A stretch of 64,000 nucleotides of DNA from Giesbergeria sp. (lineage in GTDB: Bacteria; Pseudomonadota; Gammaproteobacteria; Burkholderiales; Burkholderiaceae_C), in contig NZ_JAQUCA010000006.1 of NCBI RefSeq assembly GCF_028686475.1, forward strand, positions 69,648-133,647, read 5' to 3'. A program made the position numbers and the translations under genes. The first letter of the stretch is position 1. Each line of letters opens with the position of its first letter. The notes under the pieces were generated by a model. It was not told the DNA's origin. It made no database searches and saw only the letters and a program-made list of their open reading frames with translations. This document shows, piece by piece, positions 39,745 through 49,376 of this stretch.

Positions 39745-41150
39745 GGTTTGGCGGCTTTCTCGGGTGCGTTGCTGGCTTCGCTGCTGGCTGCCTCTGGCTC
39801 GGCGCTGGGGGGTGCCGGGGGCAGTTTTTCAGTTTGTAGATGGATGCCGATGTCTGAGCGTTCGGCCAGAAACTCGGGCACGGGCAATTCGGCAAATGGC
39901 TGGTAATCGGGCAAGGTGCGTTCTTGCAGCCATTGCAGGGCGGCAGCATCGCCGGTGCCGGCCAGTTCTACTTTTTGGCCATCCAAACGCAGATAAAGCA
40001 ACGTGGCCGGTGGCGGGGGTAACACGGCCAGCAGTTGCGGCAACGGCAGGGGCGTTTGGTGGGCGGCCTCTTGGGCTTGGGCCGCTTGCACGGCATCGGC
40101 CATCCACAGGGTTTTGAGCTTGAGCAGTTTGGCCGCTTCGACCTTGGGGGCTTGCTGGCGCAGGTCTTCGTGGGTTTGCTCAATGTGGCGCTCTAGTTGG
40201 CCATCGTGCCACAACATCAGGGCCAAGCCTATCAGGCCCACGGCACCACCCACGCTGCTCCAAAAATTGATTTTTTGTACCAAATACTGCTGCGTGGCTT
40301 GCAGCACAATGCCCTCTAAGCTGGAGCGCCAAAGTTGCTCTAACAGGGCGGCCACACTGCGCGCGGGCAGGGCACGGCGCGCATGGGGCCAGTGGCTCTC
40401 ATCCAACGCCGACAACACGGGGGCCGAGGCCCAGAGTTGCACATTTTGGGGAGGCACGTTTTGGGCCGGGCTGCCCAGCACACCATCGGGCAGGGCGGCC
40501 AGCTCCAGCTTGAGCAGTGCCGCCAAAACCGCACCGTCTTGCACGCTGGCCGTCTCCAATACCCGGCTACGCAGTAAAGCGCCATCAGTGGCCAAAATAT
40601 GCAAACAATAGCCTCCAGCAGCTTCGCCTTCTAGCACCATACAGACTTGGCCTTTGCACTGCAAAGACAGCGGCTGGAATAATTGCGCGCGCGCAAACAG
40701 CTCTACCGTCTGCAAAGCACAGGCGGCGCTGATGCGCTCGATTTCGGCCACCCAATCTTTGTGTATCCAGAGCAAGGATTTTTGCGTGCCTTGGCCAAAG
40801 TGGTCGGTTTGCGTTAGCACGCTAGAGGCGGCAAAGGGCAGCAATGGCCCGGCTTCGCTGCTGGTGGCGGTGGGCGGCAAAATGCCCAAAATATCACCAG
40901 CCAGCACCCAGACGATTTCGCTGGCCGCCGGAATGCGCCATTGTTGGCTGCACGCACCCAAGGCCGCTTGCAGTGCAGGCAAATAGCCTTCGCCGTCGGG
41001 CAAATCGGCCCGATGGGCATGGGCTTGCTTCCAGCCCAGCCAGCCACGCTGAAAGTGCAGCACCTGCACGCCCTGTGCAGAAAGAGAGACGAGCAGTTGG
41101 TGCCGTCGTGGAGGAGGAAGGAGCCGGTTGTGCATGGGGTAAAGCGTCAA
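39741..41150 (-). CDS. gspL: GspL/PilN-like inner membrane component, divergent
   Basis: Large cytoplasmic part, single TM, coiled coil, VELAG PilN-like end; position between K and M. No strong motif. Confidence 0.55.
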   Translation of the reverse strand: MTLYPMHNRLLPPPRRHQLLVSLSAQGVQVLHFQRGWLGWKQAHAHRADLPDGEGYLPALQAALGACSQQWRIPAASEIVWVLAGDILGILPPTATSSEAGPLLPFAASSVLTQTDHFGQGTQKSLLWIHKDWVAEIERISAACALQTVELFARAQLFQPLSLQCKGQVCMVLEGEAAGGYCLHILATDGALLRSRVLETASVQDGAVLAALLKLELAALPDGVLGSPAQNVPPQNVQLWASAPVLSALDESHWPHARRALPARSVAALLEQLWRSSLEGIVLQATQQYLVQKINFWSSVGGAVGLIGLALMLWHDGQLERHIEQTHEDLRQQAPKVEAAKLLKLKTLWMADAVQAAQAQEAAHQTPLPLPQLLAVLPPPPATLLYLRLDGQKVELAGTGDAAALQWLQERTLPDYQPFAELPVPEFLAERSDIGIHLQTEKLPPAPPSAEPEAASSEASNAPEKAAKP

Positions 41151-41168
41151 AATCCTGAAAATGGGGCC

Positions 41169-42119
41169 TTAGCGGTTGGTGCTGGGCGGTGCAAAGGGCA
41201 AGCTGCGCTGCGTCCATTGGTCTAGCAGCTCTAAGGTGCCGGCTTTTTTGGCCACCGTGGCCACCAAGGTGTTGCCACCGGCCACAGGCCGCGCACGCTG
41301 CACGCGCGCGCGCACTAGCAGCACCGGGGCATCGGGGCTGCTGGCGCTCAGGCCGGCAGCTTGTACCCAAGCCTGAAACTGCACCGTGGGCACCGCCCCA
41401 GCGCGCCGCCATTGGGCCAGCTGTTGCAGTTGCTCATCGCTGGCTTGGCCCAAAACTTTGAACAGTGGCAGGGGTGTGGCGTAGGGATGGACTTTTTTCT
41501 GGCCCGTACCCACCACCAGCCAATGCTGTAAACCTTGCAGATTGGCACCATTGCCGCTAGAGAGCATCTGGCGCGGAATGTCGGGCCAATCGAGCAATTC
41601 TTGCAAACTGGCAAAACCCGCACCGCCGCGCATCCGCGCCAATTCTTGCTTGAAAGCCAGCACGCGGTTGGCCAAGTCTTGGGCGGCTTCGGGCGAGGTG
41701 GCCCCCAGCAGCAGAAACAAGCGCTGCCATTCTGCCGCCGTGAGTGTATTGGCATCGGGCAGGCCGCTGCCATCTTCTAGCAGCACCTCTATTTGCAGCG
41801 CGCCTACCGCCACACTATAAGGCGTGCTGCTGAACTGCCAGCGCGGTTTTTGGCGCAGCGCCTCGTGGCGCGGGTCAGGGGGCAGGGCCTCAATGGCCAA
41901 GCTGATGGCCGCTTGCGCGATGGCGTATTGCACCGCCCCTTGCAAGGCGTATTGTTCTTGCAGCAATTCTTTTTCGCGTGCCAACAGTTGGGTATCTAGG
42001 CGCAGGGAGGCACTCACGCCCAACACCAACGTCGAGACCACCGCCAGCAGGCCCAAGGCAAATAGCAGCACATAGCCGCGTTGCCGATGGTTTGGATAAG
42101 GCGATTTAGCCCTCTTCAT
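41169..42119 (-). CDS. gspK: Minor pseudopilin GspK
   Basis: QRGYVLLFALGLLAVV prepilin site without Glu5, DGSGLPDAN, FASLQELL. Confidence 0.8.
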   Translation of the reverse strand: MKRAKSPYPNHRQRGYVLLFALGLLAVVSTLVLGVSASLRLDTQLLAREKELLQEQYALQGAVQYAIAQAAISLAIEALPPDPRHEALRQKPRWQFSSTPYSVAVGALQIEVLLEDGSGLPDANTLTAAEWQRLFLLLGATSPEAAQDLANRVLAFKQELARMRGGAGFASLQELLDWPDIPRQMLSSGNGANLQGLQHWLVVGTGQKKVHPYATPLPLFKVLGQASDEQLQQLAQWRRAGAVPTVQFQAWVQAAGLSASSPDAPVLLVRARVQRARPVAGGNTLVATVAKKAGTLELLDQWTQRSLPFAPPSTNR

Positions 42120-42793
42120 CAGCGCGCTCCATCCCGGTGGGCGCTATACACCACTGGCGGTGCATCGGCGTGCAAACCCGACAAGGCCAAACGCATCAGG
42201 CGTGGTGGCGGTTGGCTGGCATCCCAGCTCGCCACCCAGCGTGGCTGGGGTTTGCCTTGGGCATCTAGCCCCTGCAATAAAAAAGAAAAGGCGCACACCT
42301 GCAAGGGTGCAGCTAAAACCCAGCGTTGGCCTTCGGCCTCGGGGGTGGGGCCACGCGCTACCGGTGCGCCCGGTGGCGCGGCAGGCGGCAAGGCTTGCAC
42401 TTGATAGACCAAAGCCCACGCCTTGCTATCGGCGGCTTGTTCGCAACGGTAGCGCACCCGCGCTAGGGGCAGCGGTGGCGTATCGGGTGCGCTGGTGCGG
42501 CTGCGGCTGGACATGGGCAATTGCCAAGGATGCAGGGTGTCAAACTCCAGCACAGTTGCATCGGCATAGACGCGCAAGCCCCGGCCTTGCCATTCGTGCT
42601 GCAAAATGCGCTCGGCAGCGCGCACCGCTTCACGCGCTGGGTTGCGCGCTTGGTGGCGCGCGTAAAAATCCGAGGCCATCGACAAACCTGCCGTACCCAC
42701 CAGCGCCACCAGCGACGATAAGGCCAAAGCGACAATCAGCTCCAGCAAGGTAAAACCCCGCTGTGGTGCGCGCTGAACAGGGGCGGACATCAT
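42119..42793 (-). CDS. gspJ: Minor pseudopilin GspJ
   Basis: QRGFTLLELIVAL prepilin motif, W...W...PRLMRL tail. Confidence 0.75.
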   Translation of the reverse strand: MMSAPVQRAPQRGFTLLELIVALALSSLVALVGTAGLSMASDFYARHQARNPAREAVRAAERILQHEWQGRGLRVYADATVLEFDTLHPWQLPMSSRSRTSAPDTPPLPLARVRYRCEQAADSKAWALVYQVQALPPAAPPGAPVARGPTPEAEGQRWVLAAPLQVCAFSFLLQGLDAQGKPQPRWVASWDASQPPPRLMRLALSGLHADAPPVVYSAHRDGAR

Positions 42794-42798
42794 GGTGC

Positions 42799-43299
42799 TT
42801 AGCGCGCAGCAGCAGCGGCCGCAGGTTTAGCGGTGGCAGCAGCGGGTGGTGGGTCTAAACGGTAAGTGGCCAAACGATAAGCCTGTGGCGCGGCCTTCGG
42901 CCCCCAAAACACTTCAATCTCGACCGAATGCAATACTGACTTGAATTCGGTCAGCAGCGCTTGCTGTGCTGGCTCTAACAAAGGTACCGGGCGCACTTGA
43001 ATCCGATAGCCCAAATCTATACCGGCAAAGCGTTCTTCGCCCGCATCAGCGGCCAGCAGGTAGTCGGGGTGACTCAATACCTCATCGAGTTTGGCTTGTG
43101 CCAGCGCCAGCGCTGCCGCATGGGCAGTTGATTTGGCCTCTAGGCGCGTGCTGCCCGAAATAGCGGTAAAGGCAATCGCCAGCCCGGCACCGAGCAACAC
43201 CATCGCCACCAACACTTCCAGCAGGGTAAAACCTTGCTGGCGCTGGCAGGCGGGCCTAGCGGCCAGCTGGAACAGGGTCTTGTCGTTCAATGCGGCCAC
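42799..43299 (-). CDS. gspI: Minor pseudopilin GspI
   Basis: QQGFTLLEVLVAM prepilin motif; position in cluster. Confidence 0.75.
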   Translation of the reverse strand: MAALNDKTLFQLAARPACQRQQGFTLLEVLVAMVLLGAGLAIAFTAISGSTRLEAKSTAHAAALALAQAKLDEVLSHPDYLLAADAGEERFAGIDLGYRIQVRPVPLLEPAQQALLTEFKSVLHSVEIEVFWGPKAAPQAYRLATYRLDPPPAAATAKPAAAAAAR

Positions 43300-43753
43300 T
43301 GATTTTTGCCAAATGAAAAATTTGCTGCATTCCGCTGGGAGTACGGATTAAAAAACGCGCCTCGGACAGGCCGCCATCCGGGTAGAACACCAGCGGCAGC
43401 GCCGCTGTACGCTCGTCAGAGGCGGGCCGAAACTGGTAGCCGGGCGGCAGCTCTAACACCATGCGCTGCTCTTTGGATCCCAGTTGCTGCACGATGGCAT
43501 GGTGCTTAAAGTCCACCAGCGCTTGCACGGTGCCAGCGCCCAACACGGCCTTGTTACGCAAGCGCTTGAGGTCCAGTTGGGTGCGGTCTATCCAGTGCTT
43601 TTCGTTGGCGCGCAGGGCCATTTTGTCCACCGAGACTATCGCCAGCCCGGTGCCAATGCCAATCAGCACCAGCACCAACAGCAGCTCTAGCAGGGTAAAG
43701 CCCGATGCTGGCCGCCGTGCCGGAGGGCAACAGGCCAAGCGGCTCACTCCCAA
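43256..43753 (-). CDS. gspH: Minor pseudopilin GspH
   Basis: SGFTLLELLLVL prepilin motif, FYPDGG. Confidence 0.75.
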   Translation of the reverse strand: MGVSRLACCPPARRPASGFTLLELLLVLVLIGIGTGLAIVSVDKMALRANEKHWIDRTQLDLKRLRNKAVLGAGTVQALVDFKHHAIVQQLGSKEQRMVLELPPGYQFRPASDERTAALPLVFYPDGGLSEARFLIRTPSGMQQIFHLAKISGRIERQDPVPAGR

Positions 43754-44199
43754 CTGTGGATGTCGGCATTGTCGCCGCTGCCACCCTCCTTGCCATCGGC
43801 CCCGAGCGAAGACAGCTCGTAGTCGGCCTTTTCGCCCGGTGCTTTATAGACGTAAGAATGGCCCCACGGGTCTTTATCGACCCGCTTTTTCAGGTAGGGG
43901 CCGCGCCATTTCAGGGCTTCGGCTTGGTCCGCTGGTTTGTCGGACAGGGCGCGAATGCCCTGCTCGGTGCTGGGGTACTGCGACATATCCAGCCGGTAAG
44001 TATCCAAGGCCGCGCCCACCATTTCAATTTGGGTGCGCGCTGCTTTGATTTTGGACGAATCGAGTTGCCCAAACAGCCGTGGCCCCACCAAGGAGGCCAG
44101 CAGGCCCAAAATCACCATCACAATCAGCAGCTCAATCAAGGTAAAGCCGCGTGCTTGGCGCACAGAAGAAGACAGTTTTGGTTTTGAAAATAGCATCAT
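43744..44199 (-). CDS. gspG: Major pseudopilin GspG
   Basis: RGFTLIELLIVMVILGLLA, ALDTYRLD, WRGPYL, DPWG..Y.Y, SLGADG.EGG. Confidence 0.95.
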   Translation of the reverse strand: MMLFSKPKLSSSVRQARGFTLIELLIVMVILGLLASLVGPRLFGQLDSSKIKAARTQIEMVGAALDTYRLDMSQYPSTEQGIRALSDKPADQAEALKWRGPYLKKRVDKDPWGHSYVYKAPGEKADYELSSLGADGKEGGSGDNADIHSWE

Positions 44200-44215
44200 G
44201 TGTGTCAAAGCCCGC

Positions 44216-45406
44216 TCACATAGGCATGTCATTGATGGAAAAAATGGCGGTCAGCATCGACACCACAATGCCGCCAATCAGGCCGCCCATCAGCAAAATC
44301 ATCACCGGTTCAAACAAAGCCACCAAGTTGCGCGTGGCCTTTTGGATGTCTTTCTCGTACTGGTCGGCCACTTTAATCAGCATGGTGTCTAAAGCGCCGG
44401 ACTCTTCGCCCACGGTGGCCAATTGCCCCAACAGTTTGGGAAAGAAGGGGTCAGCACGCACCGGCCCCGAAACCCCCCGGCCCTCTTGCACCGCCCGCAC
44501 CAAACGGTCTAGGGCTTTACGCAGGGGGATGTGGTCGGTCAGTTCGCGCACAATCCGCATCCCAGTCAGTATCGGAACCCCACTGGCGAGCAGAGTTCCC
44601 CAGGTGCGGCACACATGGGCCAGTTGTATTTTGAGCAGCAACGGCCCCAACACCGGCAGGCGCAACAGTGCCAGTTGCCAGCGTTCGCGCCAAACCTCAT
44701 CGCGCAGGGCCATGACAAAACCCGTCACCGCCAGCGCCAGCCCTATCACAAAGAAGATGCCATAGTTTTTGAGAAATTCACCGACGGCAATCAGCACCGC
44801 TGCTGGCCCCGGCAAACTTTGGTTCATGTCGGCAAAAATTTGGCCAAACTTGGGCAAGACAAACACCGTCAGGCCGAGCAAGGCGCTCATGCCAAACACA
44901 AACAGCAAAATCGGGTAGATGGACGAAGTCACCAAAAACGCGCGAAATTCCATGCTGCGCGTGTAGAACTCCACCAAGCGGTGCATCACCACCGGCAGTA
45001 CGCCGCCCTCTTCACCGGCGCGCACCATGTTGATATACAGGCGCGGAAATACCTTGGGGTGCTGCATGAAGGCATCGGCCAAGGTATTGCCTTTTTCTAC
45101 CTCCAGCACCACCTGCTGCATCACGGCCCGAAAGTGGGCTTGTTCTAAACTGCCGGTGCTAATGTGCAAGGCCCGGTCTAGCGGCAAACCGGCATCCAGC
45201 AAGGTAAGCAATTGCTCCGTCATGGCCAGCACATGCTTGAGGCCGACGCGCTCTTGGCCCCAACGCCCAGCGGTGGCTTTGGCGGCCGTGGGACTGACCA
45301 CAGGGGCAGAGGATGCCGCTGCCACCGGCGCACGCACCGGCGGCGCTGCTGTGGCAACCGGCACAGCCCGCTCGGGGGCGGCACTCGCACTAGGACGGGG
45401 GCGCAC
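44216..45406 (-). CDS. gspF: T2SS platform protein GspF
   Basis: LLDAGLPL, VRAGEEGG, IYP, TLLASGVP, VGEESGAL, EPVMIL. Confidence 0.92.
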   Translation of the reverse strand: MRPRPSASAAPERAVPVATAAPPVRAPVAAASSAPVVSPTAAKATAGRWGQERVGLKHVLAMTEQLLTLLDAGLPLDRALHISTGSLEQAHFRAVMQQVVLEVEKGNTLADAFMQHPKVFPRLYINMVRAGEEGGVLPVVMHRLVEFYTRSMEFRAFLVTSSIYPILLFVFGMSALLGLTVFVLPKFGQIFADMNQSLPGPAAVLIAVGEFLKNYGIFFVIGLALAVTGFVMALRDEVWRERWQLALLRLPVLGPLLLKIQLAHVCRTWGTLLASGVPILTGMRIVRELTDHIPLRKALDRLVRAVQEGRGVSGPVRADPFFPKLLGQLATVGEESGALDTMLIKVADQYEKDIQKATRNLVALFEPVMILLMGGLIGGIVVSMLTAIFSINDMPM

Positions 45407-45407
45407 G

Positions 45408-47006
45408 CTACTGAATCTCCTGCCGTGTCACGCGGGCCAGCTCTTCTAGCGTCGTCAAGCCCGCCAACACTTTACGAATGCCATCGGCGCGCATGGTACG
45501 CACGCCTTGCTCTAGGGCTTTTTTACGCACGCCCTCGGCGGGCAGTTTTTTAATGATGGCCTCTTTGATAGCGGTGGTCATGGGCAGCAACTCATAAATG
45601 CCGGTGCGCCCGGTGTAGCCCGATTGGCCGCAATGGCTGCAACCCCGCCCATGAAACAGTTGCGGCACCTGCTCAGGGGCTACGCCTTCTTCGGCCAAGA
45701 ACAACAAGTCGGCCTCGGTGGGCGCTGTGGCTTCTTTGCAATGCGGGCAAATCATGCGTACCAAGCGCTGCGCCACAATCAACACCACCGAGGAGGCAAT
45801 CAGGTAGCTTTCTACCCCCATGTCCATCAGCCGGTGGGCTGCGCCAAAAGAATCGTTGGTGTGCAGGGTAGAAAACACCAAATGCCCGGTCAGGGCCGAT
45901 TGGATGGAAATTTCTGCCGTTTCTTGGTCGCGAATTTCCCCCACCATGATGATGTCGGGGTCTTGGCGCACAATCGAGCGCAAGGCACTGGCAAAGGTCA
46001 GGCCAATTTGCGATTTGACCTGAATCTGGTTGATGCCATCAATTTGGTACTCCACCGGGTCTTCTACCGTGATGATTTTGTTCTCGGGCAGATTCACACA
46101 GGCCAGCGCCGCGTACAAGGTGCTGGTTTTGCCGCTGCCGGTGGGGCCGGTGACCAAAATCATGCCATGCGGTTGGGCAATGGCTTGCTGCAAGGCTTGC
46201 AGGGTTTCGTCGTCTAAACCCAAAGACTCTAGCCCCATCAGGCCCGGCCCTTGGTCTAATAAACGAATCACCATGCTCTCACCATACACCGTGGGCACGG
46301 TAGAGACGCGCATATCCACCTGCCGCCCCGCCACTTCCATTTTCATGCGGCCATCTTGCGGCAGGCGGCGCTCGGCAATGTTCATTTTGGCGCGCAATTT
46401 CAGGTGCGAAATCGCCGGGGTGTACATGCGCCGGGGTGGCGGTTCGGTTTCGCACAACACGCCATCGACGCGGTAGCGCACCCGAAACTGCTGCTGTGAG
46501 ATTTCCAAGTGCAAGTCCGAGGCGCGGCGCTCGACTGCGCGCAACAACAAAGATTGCACCAAACGCACCACCGGGGCATCTTCTGCCAACGCCTTCAGGG
46601 TTTCTAGGTCGTCGTCGGGACTATCGCTGCTGCTGTCCACCTCGGCTTGGGTAAAACTGTGGCTGCTGGCGTTATCGGGGTTATAAACTTGGGCCAACTG
46701 GGCCGCTATCCAAGCCTTAGGGGCCAAAGACAGCTGCACCGGCACACTAAAAAATTGTTGGAGTGCATCCAGCGCGGCCAGCCGCACCGGCACGGCACTG
46801 AGTACCTGCACGCCCCCCTCTTCTACCAAGAAGGGTAACAAACCATTGGCGCGCAAAAAATCGGGCGACAGTCCGGCTACGGGCGGTATAGGCTCTGTGG
46901 CAGGGGTGGTGGTATCGAACACTGGGGCGCGCAAGGTGCGCGCAAACTCGACCAGAAGGGCGGCCTCCGCAGCGTCCGTTGCGGTGCCGGGGAGATGGCT
47001 GCTCAT
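45408..47006 (-). CDS. gspE: T2SS ATPase GspE
   Basis: Walker A GPTGSGKT, TVEDPVEY, RQDPDIIMVGEIRD, CPHC...CSHC Zn motif. Confidence 0.95.
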   Translation of the reverse strand: MSSHLPGTATDAAEAALLVEFARTLRAPVFDTTTPATEPIPPVAGLSPDFLRANGLLPFLVEEGGVQVLSAVPVRLAALDALQQFFSVPVQLSLAPKAWIAAQLAQVYNPDNASSHSFTQAEVDSSSDSPDDDLETLKALAEDAPVVRLVQSLLLRAVERRASDLHLEISQQQFRVRYRVDGVLCETEPPPRRMYTPAISHLKLRAKMNIAERRLPQDGRMKMEVAGRQVDMRVSTVPTVYGESMVIRLLDQGPGLMGLESLGLDDETLQALQQAIAQPHGMILVTGPTGSGKTSTLYAALACVNLPENKIITVEDPVEYQIDGINQIQVKSQIGLTFASALRSIVRQDPDIIMVGEIRDQETAEISIQSALTGHLVFSTLHTNDSFGAAHRLMDMGVESYLIASSVVLIVAQRLVRMICPHCKEATAPTEADLLFLAEEGVAPEQVPQLFHGRGCSHCGQSGYTGRTGIYELLPMTTAIKEAIIKKLPAEGVRKKALEQGVRTMRADGIRKVLAGLTTLEELARVTRQEIQ

Positions 47007-47095
47007 GTTGAAAAAATGGGGGTAAATTCTGCCGAAGGCCCAATAAAAAATTGCACCAGCACAGCCCAAAGCCGCGCCAGTGCGCCACCAGCATT

Positions 47096-47413
47096 CTACC
47101 GACTTGGCACGGCCAAGCCCAACAAGCCATCGACACCATACAGCAAGGCCATGCGCCCCAGTGCCTCGGGCAGGCCCTGTACCTGCAAGGTACGCCCTTG
47201 GGCCAACAGAGTGCGACGACACTCTAACAACACCGCCAAAGCAGCGCTATCAAACTGGGCCAGGGCCGAGGCATCGAGTACACACACTGCTTGTGTCTGC
47301 TGGGCCAAGGTTTGTTGCAAACCGGCCAAAATAGCCGCCGCTTGGCGATGCGTTAGCTCGGCGGGCAAGGCCAGCGCTGGGGCCGCCTGCACCTCCTCAG
47401 CGCTTGTTGGCAT
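47096..47413 (-). CDS. mlaB: STAS domain protein MlaB
   Basis: LDASALAQFDSAALAVLLEC; last gene of the mla operon. Confidence 0.8.
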   Translation of the reverse strand: MPTSAEEVQAAPALALPAELTHRQAAAILAGLQQTLAQQTQAVCVLDASALAQFDSAALAVLLECRRTLLAQGRTLQVQGLPEALGRMALLYGVDGLLGLAVPSR

Positions 47414-48035
47414 TGCTCAGGTTGCGCGCGGCCAGGGTGGCAATCAGGCCATCTACTCCCTTGGCATTGATTTCTTGGGCAAACTGGGTGCGGTAGGTGT
47501 CCACCAGCCAGACACCCAGCACGTTCAGGTTGTAGATTTTCCAACCTGCGCCCACACCGGGGGTTTTTTCTAACCGATAGTCCAGCTGTACCGGGTCGCC
47601 ACGGCCACGCACTTCGGTGCGTACCAGCACATCTTTGTCCTCGGGTGCAGCACGCAAGGGCTTGATGGTGATGGTTTGGTCGCTCACTTGCGACAAGGCC
47701 CCAGCGTAGGTACGCACCAACAGGGTTTTGAATTCTTCTTGCAGGCGCTGCTGCTGTGGCGCGCTGGCTTGCCGCCAACCGGGGCCTACAGCCGCAGCAG
47801 TCATGCGCTTAAAGTTGACATTGGGCATGATGGTTTTGTCCACCAACACCATAATTTTGTCAATGTCGCCGGTTTTGATGCTTTTGTCGGCGCGTACCGC
47901 ATCCAACACTTCGGTAGAGAGGCGCAGGATAAGGCCATCGGGGGCTTCATCGGCAGCGCGGGCGGGCAAGCCAAAACCCAGCACCAAGGCGGCGAGTGTC
48001 GTAGTGGCCAAACGGCCTAAAAAACGGCGTTGCAT
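47397..48035 (-). CDS. mlaC: Phospholipid-binding protein MlaC
   Basis: EFKTLLVRTYAGAL, LDYRL, WKIYNLNVLGVWLVDTYR.QF. Confidence 0.92.
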   Translation of the reverse strand: MQRRFLGRLATTTLAALVLGFGLPARAADEAPDGLILRLSTEVLDAVRADKSIKTGDIDKIMVLVDKTIMPNVNFKRMTAAAVGPGWRQASAPQQQRLQEEFKTLLVRTYAGALSQVSDQTITIKPLRAAPEDKDVLVRTEVRGRGDPVQLDYRLEKTPGVGAGWKIYNLNVLGVWLVDTYRTQFAQEINAKGVDGLIATLAARNLSNANKR

Positions 48036-48102
48036 GAAATCACTCTTTTCAAAAATTCGGGACTAGCGGGTTGGCTTATAGGGCTTATAGGGCTTATTCG
48101 GT

Positions 48103-48876
48103 TTATTGTTCAGGCTCAGGCGGCAAACTGCCATCGGCAGCCTCGTCTGCGGCACTGCGGTCCATATCGCGGTCGATACCGGCCCGCTGGCTACGCACGC
48201 GCAAAAACACATCGCGGCTAAAGCTGTATTTGTCTAAAGCAGCACCGTCAAGCATCTCGCCAGCGCGCAAAAAATTGGCGCGGGTATCCACCAAGCGCAG
48301 GGCATACAGGCTGTTGCGGCTGGGGATGTCATCCACCCCTTTGAGTAGATTGCCTTGGCTATCGACCGGCCAAGCCAAGGTATCGCGCACCGTCGATGGC
48401 CCCAGCAAGGGCAACACCAAATAGGGGCCGGGCGGCACGCCCCAGCGACCCAAAGTCAGGCCAAAATCTTGTTTGTGTCGCTCTAGGCGCATTTCGGTGG
48501 CAATATCCAACACACCGCCCAAACCAAACACGGTATTGATACCAAAGCGGAAAAAGCTGCTCATGGCGGCCTCGCCACGCCATTGCAGGGTGTTGTTGAC
48601 AAACGACCAAGCATCGCCCAGATTGGCAAAAAAGTTGCTCACACCCCGGCGCGCCAGTTCGGGCACCGCTTGCTGGTAGCCGGTGGCCACGGGTTTCAGC
48701 ACGGCCTCATCTACCGCGTCATTAAAGCGGCTCATGCTGCGGTTGTACGATTCAAACGGGTCTTGTGGATGTGCCGAGGGCGCACTGGCACAGCCCGCCA
48801 ACACCAAAGCAGACAACGCCAAGGCTGTGCCAAGGCGTGGAGAACAAAAAGGCTTCATCAAAAAAGAGGGGGTCAT
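48103..48876 (-). CDS. mlaA: MlaA/VacJ lipoprotein
   Basis: LAG-C lipobox, DPFESYNR, INTVFGLGG, YLVLPLLGPSTVRD. Confidence 0.93.
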   Translation of the reverse strand: MTPSFLMKPFCSPRLGTALALSALVLAGCASAPSAHPQDPFESYNRSMSRFNDAVDEAVLKPVATGYQQAVPELARRGVSNFFANLGDAWSFVNNTLQWRGEAAMSSFFRFGINTVFGLGGVLDIATEMRLERHKQDFGLTLGRWGVPPGPYLVLPLLGPSTVRDTLAWPVDSQGNLLKGVDDIPSRNSLYALRLVDTRANFLRAGEMLDGAALDKYSFSRDVFLRVRSQRAGIDRDMDRSAADEAADGSLPPEPEQ

Positions 48877-49361
48877 GGTTGGGCACTGCCTGTGCTGGCC
48901 GGAGTCGATTCTGCGGCCTTGCTGAATAAAAATTGGCCAATCAGATTTTCTAATACCATAGCCGATTGGGTGGCCGTCACTACATCGTCGTGGGCCAAAT
49001 TGGCTTCATCGGCCCCGGCTTCAATGCCGATGTACTGCTCGCCCAGCAAGCCACTGGTCAAAATTTTGAGCGAGCTGTCTTTGGGAAAGTGGTAACGTTT
49101 TTGCAGTGTCAGAGCCACTTCGGCCTGAAAAGTTTTATCGTTAAAGGTAATCGACTCTACCCGGCCCACCACCACGCCAGCGCTACGCACTGCCGCTTGG
49201 GGCTTGAGGCCACCAATGTTGTCAAAACGGGCGGTCACGCGGTAGCCCGATTCAAAGTTGAGCGAGAGCAGGTTGGCCGATTGCAAAGCCAGAAACACCA
49301 GCGCCACGGCCCCCAACATGACAAACAGACCGACCCAGACATCGTTTTTGGATTGCTGCAT
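48873..49361 (-). CDS. mlaD: MCE protein MlaD
   Basis: FDNIGGLK..AAVRSAGVVVGRV, TSGLLGEQYI. Confidence 0.95.
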   Translation of the reverse strand: MQQSKNDVWVGLFVMLGAVALVFLALQSANLLSLNFESGYRVTARFDNIGGLKPQAAVRSAGVVVGRVESITFNDKTFQAEVALTLQKRYHFPKDSSLKILTSGLLGEQYIGIEAGADEANLAHDDVVTATQSAMVLENLIGQFLFSKAAESTPASTGSAQP

Positions 49362-49376
49362 TCGAGACTTCTTTGC

